From Chloroflexota bacterium (GTDB taxonomy: Bacteria; Chloroflexota; UBA11872; VXNJ01), in the NCBI GenBank assembly GCA_965261345.1, contig OZ253449.1, positions 1,632,001 to 1,696,000 of the forward strand: DNA of 64,000 nt, given 5' to 3'. The notes beneath the pieces were generated by a model, which worked only from the letters and a program-made list of their open reading frames with translations, did not search any database and had not been told where the DNA came from. Position numbers and translations under genes: made by a program. How positions within the stretch are numbered: position 1 is the stretch's first letter; the number at the start of each line of letters is the position of its first letter. This document shows positions 37,685 through 47,204 of the stretch, piece by piece.

Positions 37685-40140
37685 GCGGCGCCGGTCAACT
37701 GCTGCCCGAGCCTGAACCGACGGCGACCGCGCTCTACGCCGACGTGGCGGTCCTAAAGTCACCGGCCCGCGGCTCTCAGCTCTACTCGTATGCCTGCCCG
37801 GCCCGCTTGCGCGACCAGATCGCCGCCGGACAGATCGTGCTGGTCGAATTCGGCAAGCGCGAACTGCTCGGGGTGGTGCTGGGACTGGCCCCGGAAAGTC
37901 TCATTTCCAAGGTAAAGCCGGTGTTGGCGGTGCTATCTCCGGTCCCGCTTATCGGGCCACTGCAAGCCAATCTGGCAATCTGGTGCGCCGACAACTTTGC
38001 GGTCCCGATCGGTGAGGTCCTAGAGGCGATGCTCCCGCCCGGTTGGCGCAAGGGGGTACGGCACCAGTATTCGGCTGGCGGTGCCTCCGCTGGCACCGCC
38101 CACCGTCGGCGAGTCCTGGACGCTGTCACCGGGCTGCGGCTGGCCACGGCCGAGGAAATTAGCGCTCAGCTTGAGCGGGCGGTAGCTGAGAAGACGCTGG
38201 CGGCGATGGTTGCCGATGGGAGTCTTAAACGCTGGAGCCAGCTGGATCTGCCCGAGGTGGGCACCCCGGTGGTCGACCTGGCGGTCCCACCGGTCGAAGC
38301 CCTGGCGCGCATGGAGGAACTGGCCCGCGCACCTGCCCAGCGGCGCCTGCTGCTAAAAGTCATCGCGGCCGGCGGGCCGGTAGCGGTCGCTGGACTGCTC
38401 AAGTCGGCCAAGACCGTCCGGCCCTCGCTGAATCGGCTGGCCGAGGCGGGCATCGTGGAGCTGCACCGACGCTTTGACCTGCCCCCGCTGGGACACGATG
38501 ACGGGGAGGACATGGAGGACCTTGCCGCCCAGAATTCGCTGGAATCGTTCCTGGACCGCCCCGGTTTTGGATCGATGCTGCTGCAGGGCCGCCTGCGCGA
38601 GCGGTTGCCGGCCTACGTGCGCGCGATCAACCAGGCCCTGCTAAGCGATCGCCAGGTGCTGCTGCTGGCCCCTTCGATCGCCGAGGCCCGGTTGTTGGCA
38701 AGGCAGCTGCGCGACAAGCTGGCCGGCCGCACCTTCCTGTTCTCGGACGCTGCCACCCCCAACGCCCGGATCGGACTCTGGCGAGCGCTCCGGGCCGGTG
38801 AGATTGATGTCTTAATCGGGCATCCGCCGGCGGCCTGGGCGCCGCTCCACAACCTGGGGCTGGTAATCGTCGACCGGGAGGAAGACCGGCTCTATAAGGC
38901 GCTTCCGCTGCGTTCGGTAAGCGCTGCCGACTTTGCCCGCGAACTGGCCCGGCGGGCCGACTGTCCGCTGCTGGTGGGAACCGCGACCCCGTTGGTCTCG
39001 ACCTTCGATCAGGTCGAGCGCGAGGCGGTCCAGTTCCTGCTGCTGCGGTCGGCGCGCCTGCTGCGCCAGCTGCGCATGAAGGTCGGGCGCGGCTGGGGGA
39101 CGGCCGCCGGATCCGGAGTGGCCCAGATCGTCGATATGGGCCAGGCCCAACTGATGGGCCCGGGCGGGATGATTTCAGAAGAACTGTTTGACCATCTCGC
39201 GGCCGCATTTGCCAGCGGGCAACAGGCGGTCTTGCACGTCGCCACGCGCGGGTCGGCCACCGCCAGCGCCTGCCGCGAGTGCGCGTTTAAGGCAACCTGT
39301 CGTTACTGTTCGAGCAATCTTTTCTGGCACGAGGATCGCAATGCCCTCGTTTGCCACATCTGCGGGCAGCAGAGCCCGCCGCTCGAGTCCTGCCCCGAAT
39401 GCGGATCACTGGCGCTGCGGATGTACGGCTACGGCACCCAGTCGGTGGTGAGGGCCCTGCGGGCGCTCCTGCCGCGGGCGCGGATCGATCGGATCGATTC
39501 GGATCTGAAGGCCGAGGTCTGTGAGCGCAACGCCCACCGCTTCAGCCAACGGATCATCAACATCCTGGTCGGGACAACCCGGATGCTGGCCTTTGCCGAG
39601 CACCTGCGGGCCGACCTGCTGGGGGTGGTGCAGGCGGACTTCGGTCTCAACTTTCCCGACTACCAGGCCCCGGAGCGGGTCTACCAGGTCCTCTCGCGGC
39701 TGCGCGAGGTGGTATTGACCGACAACATCGAGGGCACGATGCTGCTGCAGGCCCGCGGCGGGGACAATCACGTGCTCGAGGCGGTGCGATCGGGAAGCTA
39801 TCTTAAGTTCTTCCGCAGCGAGATCGAACTGCGCCGCCGCTATCAAATGCCGCCATTTCGGCAGCTGACCCGCTTCGTGATCAGCAATCGCGAGAATTTG
39901 GTCGCCGCGCGCCAGGCCGAGCAGCTTCGCAACCAGCTAGATGACGCGTTCCGGCAGGCCAAATGCGGTACCCAACCAGCGCCCCAGATTTGGGGGCCGG
40001 CGCAGTGTCCGGTGTGGCGCCAGAGGTCCATTTTCCGCTGGCATATGATTGTTCTATCTGGACCGGGGCAATTGCTTCCGGTCTTCGGCATTCCCCACCG
40101 CGGCTGGTTGGTGGATGTTGATCCGGTTGATTTTTTCTGA
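37681..40140 (+). CDS. priA: Primosomal protein N' (PriA) with degenerate helicase motifs
   Basis: N-terminal 3'-DNA-binding-like domain, four CxxC pairs, DVDP C-terminus, position upstream of def-fmt; Walker A and B lost. Confidence 0.88.
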   Translation: MSGAGQLLPEPEPTATALYADVAVLKSPARGSQLYSYACPARLRDQIAAGQIVLVEFGKRELLGVVLGLAPESLISKVKPVLAVLSPVPLIGPLQANLAIWCADNFAVPIGEVLEAMLPPGWRKGVRHQYSAGGASAGTAHRRRVLDAVTGLRLATAEEISAQLERAVAEKTLAAMVADGSLKRWSQLDLPEVGTPVVDLAVPPVEALARMEELARAPAQRRLLLKVIAAGGPVAVAGLLKSAKTVRPSLNRLAEAGIVELHRRFDLPPLGHDDGEDMEDLAAQNSLESFLDRPGFGSMLLQGRLRERLPAYVRAINQALLSDRQVLLLAPSIAEARLLARQLRDKLAGRTFLFSDAATPNARIGLWRALRAGEIDVLIGHPPAAWAPLHNLGLVIVDREEDRLYKALPLRSVSAADFARELARRADCPLLVGTATPLVSTFDQVEREAVQFLLLRSARLLRQLRMKVGRGWGTAAGSGVAQIVDMGQAQLMGPGGMISEELFDHLAAAFASGQQAVLHVATRGSATASACRECAFKATCRYCSSNLFWHEDRNALVCHICGQQSPPLESCPECGSLALRMYGYGTQSVVRALRALLPRARIDRIDSDLKAEVCERNAHRFSQRIINILVGTTRMLAFAEHLRADLLGVVQADFGLNFPDYQAPERVYQVLSRLREVVLTDNIEGTMLLQARGGDNHVLEAVRSGSYLKFFRSEIELRRRYQMPPFRQLTRFVISNRENLVAARQAEQLRNQLDDAFRQAKCGTQPAPQIWGPAQCPVWRQRSIFRWHMIVLSGPGQLLPVFGIPHRGWLVDVDPVDFF

Positions 40141-40152
40141 CGAAATGCGCTT

Positions 40153-40659
40153 ATGGCGGTATTGCCAATACTGCCCGCCCAACACCCAATGCTCGATCGC
40201 GTCGCCGCACGCGTGCCAAAAGTCGACGACTCCATCCGGCGATTGGCCGCCGACATGGTGGAAACGATGCAGTCGGCCTCCGGTACCGGCCTGGCCGCTC
40301 CGCAGGTGGGGCGTCCCTTGCGTGTGATCATCTGTCAGGATGCCGACGAGGGAATAGGGCCGCTGACGCTAATTAACCCGCAGATCTCCAAGCTCGAGGG
40401 CTCGGTGGTCGACGACGAGGGGTGCCTCTCGCTGCCCGGTTGGGTTGGCCCGGTGGCGCGAGCCGAGCGGCTTACGCTAACCGGCCTTAACCAACACGGC
40501 GCCAGGGTCCGCTTTACCGCCGACGGGTTTCTGGCGAGGGTGATCCAACACGAAGTTGACCATCTTGATGGAATCATGTTCACGTCGAAAATAGTTGACG
40601 ACGGGGAGCTGCGCTTTACTGGAACCGTTGAAGCCGGGGAGGCTGTCGAAAAGGTATGA
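40153..40659 (+). CDS. def: Peptide deformylase
   Basis: GLAAPQVG, EGCLS, QHEVDHLDG. Confidence 0.96.
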   Translation: MAVLPILPAQHPMLDRVAARVPKVDDSIRRLAADMVETMQSASGTGLAAPQVGRPLRVIICQDADEGIGPLTLINPQISKLEGSVVDDEGCLSLPGWVGPVARAERLTLTGLNQHGARVRFTADGFLARVIQHEVDHLDGIMFTSKIVDDGELRFTGTVEAGEAVEKV

Positions 40660-41606
40660 AGGTAATCTTTTTCGGGACCGCTGAATTTGCGACGCCGTCG
40701 CTGCGCTTGTTGGCCAATCGCCACGATGTGCTCGTGGTGGTAACCCGGCCCTCACGCCCGGTTGGCCGGGCCCGATTGGTCAAACCTCCACCGGTCGTTT
40801 CGGTTGCCCGCTCGCTAAGGATTCCGGTCATTCAACCGGAAGACATCAATTCCGAAAAAGCATTAAACGACCTGCGCGCGCTACGGCCGGAGGTCCTGGT
40901 TGCGGTTGCCTACGGTAAGAAATTTAACAAGCCGATCCTCTCGTTGGCCCCGGCCGGAGTGCTAAATCTGCACCCCTCGCTGCTCCCGCTCTACCGCGGG
41001 GCCTCACCGATCCAGAGCGCGATTGCCGCCGGCGAACTGACCACCGGGGTAACCGTGATCCGGATGGACACCGGAATCGATTCGGGTCCGGTGCTCGATC
41101 AGTTGGAGGTGGCGATCGAGGAGGACGAAACCGCCCCGCGGCTTTCGCGCCGGCTGGCCTGCGAAGGCGCCGAACTGCTGGCTCGCACCCTGGAAAAACT
41201 GCAGGCCGGATTTGAGGATGCGCACCCGCAGGACGAGGACCGAGCGACATTTGCCCCGATTCTCAAACGCAACTTCGCCGACGTGGATTGGTCCCTGCCG
41301 GCCCGCCGGATCTTTGACCAGTGGCGCGCCTACCTGGGATGGCCGGGACTGCGTACTCGGGTTTCGGGGAAGAGCATCAAGATCTTGGAATGCCGTCTGG
41401 CCGAAGGGATCAAGTTGAAAGTCGGGCCGGGCAAGGCCAAGGTCCGCGATGGCCGAATCTTCGTAGGTACTGGTGATGGCCTGCTGGAAATCATCACCCT
41501 GCAACCGGCTGGCCGCAAACCCATGGCGGCGCAGGACTTTGTTCTTGGTTACGAGAATCTTCTCGCCCAGTCCTGGACTGGTTCGGCTCGCCAACAGACC
41601 GGCTAG
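40656..41606 (+). CDS. fmt: Methionyl-tRNA formyltransferase
   Basis: FFGTAEFA, NLHPSLLPLYRGASPI, DSG. Confidence 0.95.
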   Translation: MKVIFFGTAEFATPSLRLLANRHDVLVVVTRPSRPVGRARLVKPPPVVSVARSLRIPVIQPEDINSEKALNDLRALRPEVLVAVAYGKKFNKPILSLAPAGVLNLHPSLLPLYRGASPIQSAIAAGELTTGVTVIRMDTGIDSGPVLDQLEVAIEEDETAPRLSRRLACEGAELLARTLEKLQAGFEDAHPQDEDRATFAPILKRNFADVDWSLPARRIFDQWRAYLGWPGLRTRVSGKSIKILECRLAEGIKLKVGPGKAKVRDGRIFVGTGDGLLEIITLQPAGRKPMAAQDFVLGYENLLAQSWTGSARQQTG

Positions 41607-41635
41607 CTGGCCGCAGGCCCTTCCCGTGAGGCAAC

Positions 41636-42412
41636 ATGTTCTTCTTTGACCCGACCTACATCCTCTTTATGGCCCCGGCCATGATATTGATGTTCTGGGC
41701 GCAATCGAAGGTCAAGCGCACCTACTCCAAGTACGCCAAGGTCCAGACCTCTTCGCGGCTGCCGGGCTACAGGGTGGCCGAACAGCTGCTGCGTTCGGTT
41801 GGAATGCAATCGGCGGTTTCCACCGCCCCGCCGAACCGGAAGGTCGACCCCGAACGGGCGCGCCAAATGGCGGCCAGCGGCATAGTGAGCATTGAACGGG
41901 TCGGCGGACAACTCTCCGATCATTACGATCCGGCCAAGAAGACCCTGCGGCTCTCCGAGGGCGTGTACGAATCCTCGTCGGTGGCGGCGATGGCGATCGT
42001 GGCCCACGAGACCGGGCATGCGATCCAGGATCAGGTCCATTATCCAGCCCTGGTGCTGCGTTCGGCCCTGGTGCCGGCGGTCCGGGTCGGATCAACCTTC
42101 GGTTACGTAGTCATCATCCTGGGTGTGGTGCTGATGATGACCGGCAGCGCCCTCGGTGAAAATATCGCCTGGATTGGGGTGGCGCTTTTCTCGCTCACCC
42201 TCATTTTTTCGCTGGTGACCCTGCCGGTCGAATTCGACGCGTCGAAACGGGCCCTGTTGCTGTTGCAGAACAACGGAATCACCAGCACGCAGGAGCTGGC
42301 GGCCTCCAAGAAGGTGCTCGATGCGGCCGCGTTGACCTACGTTGCAGCCATGGCCGCCTCGCTGATGCAAATTCTCTACTGGGTATTTGTCCTCCTGGGC
42401 CGGCGCGATTAG
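41636..42412 (+). CDS. Membrane zinc metallopeptidase (YugP-like), copy 1
   Basis: LSDHYDP, AHETGHAIQ, TLPVEFDASKRA, AALTYVA. Confidence 0.9.
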   Translation: MFFFDPTYILFMAPAMILMFWAQSKVKRTYSKYAKVQTSSRLPGYRVAEQLLRSVGMQSAVSTAPPNRKVDPERARQMAASGIVSIERVGGQLSDHYDPAKKTLRLSEGVYESSSVAAMAIVAHETGHAIQDQVHYPALVLRSALVPAVRVGSTFGYVVIILGVVLMMTGSALGENIAWIGVALFSLTLIFSLVTLPVEFDASKRALLLLQNNGITSTQELAASKKVLDAAALTYVAAMAASLMQILYWVFVLLGRRD

Positions 42413-42468
42413 GCGGTCCGGGCCCTCGCCCGCTATGAATTTGATCAGCTAGCGCGGATGGAGGACGT

Positions 42469-43158
42469 TTGATAAGGGTATTGCTGGCGATCGGCGCGAT
42501 TGCCCCGCTGCTGCTGGCGCTGCTGGCCAAACAGTACATCAATGCGGTTTATGAAGCTGGCCGCCAGGTTGTGGTGGCCTCCAACGTAACCGGGGGCGAG
42601 GCCGCCCACCTGCTCCTGCACGCCACCGGCAACATGCATATTCGGGTGGAGACCACCACCGGCCAGCTCACAGATCACTTTGACGCTGCCGCCGGCGTGA
42701 TCAGGCTCTCACCCAACACCCGCGATGAGGCCTCGATCGCCGCACTGGCCATCGTGGGGCACGAGATGGGGCATCTGGCCCAGTTCCAAATCGGATCCTG
42801 GCTCATGTACACCCGTAATGTACTGCTGCAGGCTGCCCAGATTGCGAGCGGAGTTGGAACTTTGCTGATGGCGCTTGGTCTGGCGGCCGCCCTGCTGCGG
42901 ATCGGGCCGGGCCAGTTTGCAATCGTCGGCGGATTCATCTCGCTCTTTCTCTCGGCCGCCTTCGCCGTCGTTACCATTCCGCTCGAATACGATGCCTCGC
43001 GTCGGGCCCTGCGCCTGCTAGTGGCCTCCAATCTGTTAACCGACGATGAAGTGCCGGGCGTTCGCCGGGTGCTAAACGCCGCCGCGCTCTCCTACGCGGC
43101 GTCGGCGATCATGGCCATCTCCCGCCTGCCACTCCTCCTGGGAAGGTTTTTTCGATAG
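42469..43158 (+). CDS. Membrane zinc metallopeptidase (YugP-like), copy 2
   Basis: LTDHFD, GHEMGH, TIPLEYDASRRA, AALSYA. Confidence 0.88.
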   Translation: MIRVLLAIGAIAPLLLALLAKQYINAVYEAGRQVVVASNVTGGEAAHLLLHATGNMHIRVETTTGQLTDHFDAAAGVIRLSPNTRDEASIAALAIVGHEMGHLAQFQIGSWLMYTRNVLLQAAQIASGVGTLLMALGLAAALLRIGPGQFAIVGGFISLFLSAAFAVVTIPLEYDASRRALRLLVASNLLTDDEVPGVRRVLNAAALSYAASAIMAISRLPLLLGRFFR

Positions 43159-43841
43159 CTCCGCTGCGAGAGAAACTCATCGCCCCGTCCATTCTGGCGG
43201 CCGATTTTTTAAATCTCGGCCGGGACATTGAGATGTGCGCTAAAGCGGATGCCGACCTGATCCATTGCGACGTAATGGATGGCCGTTTCGTACCGGCGAT
43301 CAGTTACGGGTCCGCAATCTGTGGCCAAGTTGCTGCGGCAAGCCGGCTGCCACTCGATGTACACTTGATGGTCGAGGATGTAGACGGCCAGATCGCGCAG
43401 GCGCTGGAATTTGGGCCGCGCTATATCACCTTCCATGCCGAGGCCGCCCGCGACCCGTTGGAGTTGGCGCAGGTTATCCGTCGCGGCGGATCGTTGCCGG
43501 GCCTGGCGATAAAACCGAACACCCCGTTTGCGACTATTGCGCCGATCGCCGACCGGTTCGAACTGATCCTGATCATGACGGTCGAGCCGGGTGCCGGCGG
43601 CCAGGCGTTCATGCCCGGGTGCCTGCCCAAGGTTGCCGAAGCCACAGATCGGCGCGCGGCATCTAGGGCAAATTACCTAATCGAGGTCGATGGTGGCATC
43701 GCAATGACAACGATCGCCGCCTGCTCGCAAAGGGGGGCCGATATTTTCGTGGCCGGTTCGGCCGTATTCGGCCAACGCTTAGGGATAGCCGATGCGATTT
43801 CCCAATTGCGGGCGATGGCTACCACCTCGAATGGTGGATGA
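43155..43841 (+). CDS. rpe: Ribulose-phosphate 3-epimerase (probable ATA start at 43155 or CTG at 43164)
   Basis: IAPSILAADF lies upstream of the first ATG (43233); HCDVMDG, DVHLM, MTVEPG, VDGG. Confidence 0.93.
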   Translation: MAPLREKLIAPSILAADFLNLGRDIEMCAKADADLIHCDVMDGRFVPAISYGSAICGQVAAASRLPLDVHLMVEDVDGQIAQALEFGPRYITFHAEAARDPLELAQVIRRGGSLPGLAIKPNTPFATIAPIADRFELILIMTVEPGAGGQAFMPGCLPKVAEATDRRAASRANYLIEVDGGIAMTTIAACSQRGADIFVAGSAVFGQRLGIADAISQLRAMATTSNGG

Positions 43842-44225
43842 GAGACCGGATCTCTTCCAGCGGTTCGATTCGACCGCCGGCACTCGGCGGGCAACAGAGA
43901 TGCGTGGCGTCCGGTCAACTATTTCTGAAATTCACCGCCGGGGCGGCTCCCTCCGGGCGATGACAAGCGATCTCGAATCGGTCGGCTCTGCTTGCTCCGC
44001 CCAGACATCGCGTCTCCAGCTCAAGGAGCCGGGCGACCGGAGGCCATCGACCGCGGGTATCGGCTCTTGCGGCCAACGCTTGGCCAATCCTTAGGGACCG
44101 ACCGGCCAAGTGGGCCATCACGCTCTCAGCGATCACATTGGGTCGGCGATTGCCTCCTAAAATCGGCGCGCCTGGATTCGTGATTTGAGCTTCACGTTAG
44201 CGGTCAGGTTATTCGGAGGCTCAAA

Positions 44226-45887
44226 GTAAGCACTCAAAGCCGGGCGCAAGCGGGGGGCCAATCGCGCGCCAATGCCGGCCCGGCTCCCTCAATCAAAGCG
44301 GATTTTTCTCCGGTCCCCAGGCGCCAGGTCGTCTTTACGATGGGCGGCCTGATGCTCGCCCTTTTTCTGGCGGCGCTCGACCAGACGGTCGTTGGTACCG
44401 CCATTCCGCGGATCATTGCCGACCTGGGCGGGTTTGACCGCTTTACCTGGATCACAACCGCGTATCTGGTGGCTTCGACCACCGCGGTCCCCATCGCTGG
44501 ACGGCTCTCGGACCTCTACGGTCGCAAGACTTTTTTTCTGATCGGACTGCTCGTCTTCCTTCTCGGATCGGTGCTGACCGGCCTGAGTGAGACGATGGAC
44601 CAGTTGATCGCCTTTCGGGCGCTTCAGGGCATCGGAGGAGGGAGTATGATGGCGCTCTCCTTTACCGCAATTGGCGACCTGTTCCCGCCCCGCGAGCGCG
44701 GCAAATATCAGGGGATTGTTGCCGCCGTGTTTGGCCTCGCGTCGGTAATCGGTCCCACCTTGGGGGGATTTATCACCGACAACCTGTCATGGAACTGGGT
44801 CTTTTTCGTCAACGTGCCACTCATAGTGCTTGTAATCGCTCTATTCATTCGATTTTTCCCAAACATAAAACCCGAACGGACAAAGCGTCGCCTAGATTAC
44901 GCCGGAATGGCGCTGCTCGCCCTGGCGGTAACCCCGCTGCTGGTCGGCCTCTCGCTGGGCGGCGTGCAATATGAGTGGTTTTCGCTTCAGATCGTTGGCA
45001 TCCTCGCATTCGCGGCGGTCATTACCGCCGCGTTCATATTGGTCGAACGCCGGGCCGAAGATCCGATCATGCCGCTGAGCATCTACAACAACCGGGTGGT
45101 GAGCATCACGTTGCTGTCGGTGTTCATTACTGGTTTTGCAATGTTTGGATCAATCGTCTTCATTCCGCTGTTCTTCCAGGGCGTGCTCGGCGCATCGGCC
45201 ACTAGCAGCGGTTCATTCCTAACGCCAATGATGCTAAGTATCGTGGTGACCTCGGCGTTGTCCGGACAGGCCCTCTCGCGACTGGGCGGGCACTACCGCC
45301 TGCAGGGGTTAATCGGGATCGCGGTCATGGCGGTCGGGATGGTGCTCACATCGCAGTTGACCGCCACCACATCGTTTTTACAGGCGGTGCTGAGCATTGC
45401 CACCACCGGCGCCGGCCTCGGCATCACCTTCCCAACCTTTACGATTGCCGTCCAGAACTCCGTTCCAACCTCGCTTCTGGGGGCCGCGACCTCGTCGGTC
45501 CAGTTCTACCGGTCGGTGGGCGGCGCCCTGGGCTTGGCGGTGCTCGGGTCATTTATGGCCAATCGATTCGCAACCGGATTTAACGACTCGCTGCCGGCGG
45601 CGGTGCGGGAAGCGCTGCCGGCCGATCAACTGGCCGAGATGGCCAACAATCCCCAGGCGCTGGTAAATCCAGCGGCGCTAGACCTGCTGCTGGCGAGCTT
45701 TGCCAGCGCCGGCCCCCAGGGCCCCCAGGTCGTTGCCGAATTGCTGGGAGTGCTGCGCGGAGCCTTGGCTACGGCGATCGGCGACGTATTCGCGGTGGTG
45801 GCGGCAACCCTGGCCTTGGCATTCGTGGCAATGATCTTCCTTCGAGAAGTCCCGCTGCGTGGCTACGGTCCGAGCTCCCGGACCTAA
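44226..45887 (+). CDS. DHA2 (EmrB/QacA) MFS efflux transporter; start either GTA at 44226 or ATG at 44340
   Basis: ALDQTVV, GRLSDLYGRK, FRALQGIGGG, GPTLGG, WVFFVNVP. Confidence 0.9.
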   Translation, partial: VSTQSRAQAGGQSRANAGPAPSIKADFSPVPRRQVVFTMGGLMLALFLAALDQTVVGTAIPRIIADLGGFDRFTWITTAYLVASTTAVPIAGRLSDLYGRKTFFLIGLLVFLLGSVLTGLSETMDQLIAFRALQGIGGGSMMALSFTAIGDLFPPRERGKYQGIVAAVFGLASVIGPTLGGFITDNLSWNWVFFVNVPLIVLVIALFIRFFPNIKPERTKRRLDYAGMALLALAVTPLLVGLSLGGVQYEWFSLQIVGILAFAAVITAAFILVERRAEDPIMPLSIYNNRVVSITLLSVFITGFAMFGSIVFIPLFFQGVLGASATSSGSFLTPMMLSIVVTSALSGQALSRLGGHYRLQGLIGIAVMAVGMVLTSQLTATTSFLQAVLSIATTGAGLGITFPTFTIAVQNSVPTSLLGAATSSVQFYRSVGGALGLAVLGSFMANRFATGFNDSLPAAVREALPADQLAEMANNPQALVNPAALDLLLASFASAGPQGPQVVAELLGVLRGALATAIGDVFAVVAATLALAFVAMIFLREVPLRGYGPSSRT

Positions 45888-46237
45888 CCGACTCCCAGCG
45901 ACCCCGGCTCGTGATTGGCAGATCTACGCCTGCCGAAATGTTGTAGATAGGCGGGACGGATTGGCGATCTCATTGCGAGGCGATGGCAAATTGGATTGGT
46001 TGATCGGCCTTAACGGGCGGGACGATTTGCGGAATCGGAAAAGTCCGCAGGTTGCTTTCGGCGCTCGCAGTTGCGGTCAAGTCGGCCTGGCGGCACCCTA
46101 GAGTTGGCCTGCCCCCGGCGGGCGCATCAGCTCAGTCTGCGGCGATCTTTTCGGGTTCTTCGAAAGCGCCGGTTTCGGCTGTGTTCCAGCATTTGCCCGG
46201 CCCGGGATCGCCGGCCGCATTGATGTGGAGGTAGACC

Positions 46238-47194
46238 ATGCGGAAATGGGAAATTGACGCAGGTCGTTCTTTGCCGCGACCACCGCCCGACCGCTACTCC
46301 ACCCTGGTTACCAAGCCCTGTGACTTCGACCGGTTCTGGGAGGACGTGCTGGCGCAGGCCTCGCTCATCCCGCTGGATGCATCAGTGGAGCTGGATCGGC
46401 TCCGCTCGACCGCGGACGTGGAGGTGTACCAGGTCCGCTACTTGAGCCTGGACCGGATCCGGATATTTGGGTGGTACTGTCTGCCCAGGCGGCGCGTGGG
46501 CCGGCTCCCGGCCATCATCCAGGTTCCTGGCTACCTGATGGACCCGCCAATTCCGAAGGCACTGGCCAAAGAGGGATACGCTGCCTTCTTTGCGGCGCCG
46601 CGCGGAAAGGTGCGCAGTCGCAATCAGTTTGATCCGGGGTATCCCGGATTGCTCACCTACAGCCTGGGCGACCGTCACACCTACTCCTACCGCGGTTTCT
46701 ACGCGGACGTCTGGCGAATCGTTGATTTCCTGCTGCAGCGCGACGAGGTCGACTCCGCGCGAATCGGCGTCTCCGGACACAGTCAGGGCGGAGGCCTGGC
46801 CGTCGTCACCGCCGCCATGCGACCCGAGATCGCGGCCGCATCGGCAGGCGCCCCCTTCCTCTGCGGCTTCATTGATTCGATCTGGCTGACCGACACCTAC
46901 CCATATCGGGAAATAACCGACTACCTGCGGCTGCACCCCGAGCAGCAAGCGGCGGCCGAGGAGTCACTGGCCTATTTCGACGGAATCAACTTTGCCGACA
47001 AGATTTCCTGCCCCATCATCGTCAACATCGGGTTACAGGACAACGTCTGCCCGCCGGAGACCGGTTACGCATTGTTTGAGCGCATCGCCTCGCCGGACAA
47101 GCGCCTCTACGCCTACGACGGCCATGGCCACGATGCCAACCAGGCCGATCACGCGGCGATGGTGGATCGTTTTTTCGAAAAGCACCTCAAGTAA
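46238..47194 (+). CDS. Acetylxylan esterase / cephalosporin-C deacetylase (CE7-like)
   Basis: KPCDFDRFW, GHSQGG, DNVCPP, HGH. Confidence 0.9.
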   Translation: MRKWEIDAGRSLPRPPPDRYSTLVTKPCDFDRFWEDVLAQASLIPLDASVELDRLRSTADVEVYQVRYLSLDRIRIFGWYCLPRRRVGRLPAIIQVPGYLMDPPIPKALAKEGYAAFFAAPRGKVRSRNQFDPGYPGLLTYSLGDRHTYSYRGFYADVWRIVDFLLQRDEVDSARIGVSGHSQGGGLAVVTAAMRPEIAAASAGAPFLCGFIDSIWLTDTYPYREITDYLRLHPEQQAAAEESLAYFDGINFADKISCPIIVNIGLQDNVCPPETGYALFERIASPDKRLYAYDGHGHDANQADHAAMVDRFFEKHLK

Positions 47195-47204
47195 AGGAGG
47201 GGGT

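Noticed and set aside
43842-44210. ORFs or RNA in the rpe-MFS gap (and similarly 45888-46237)
   Set aside because: No coding signature or clear structure found
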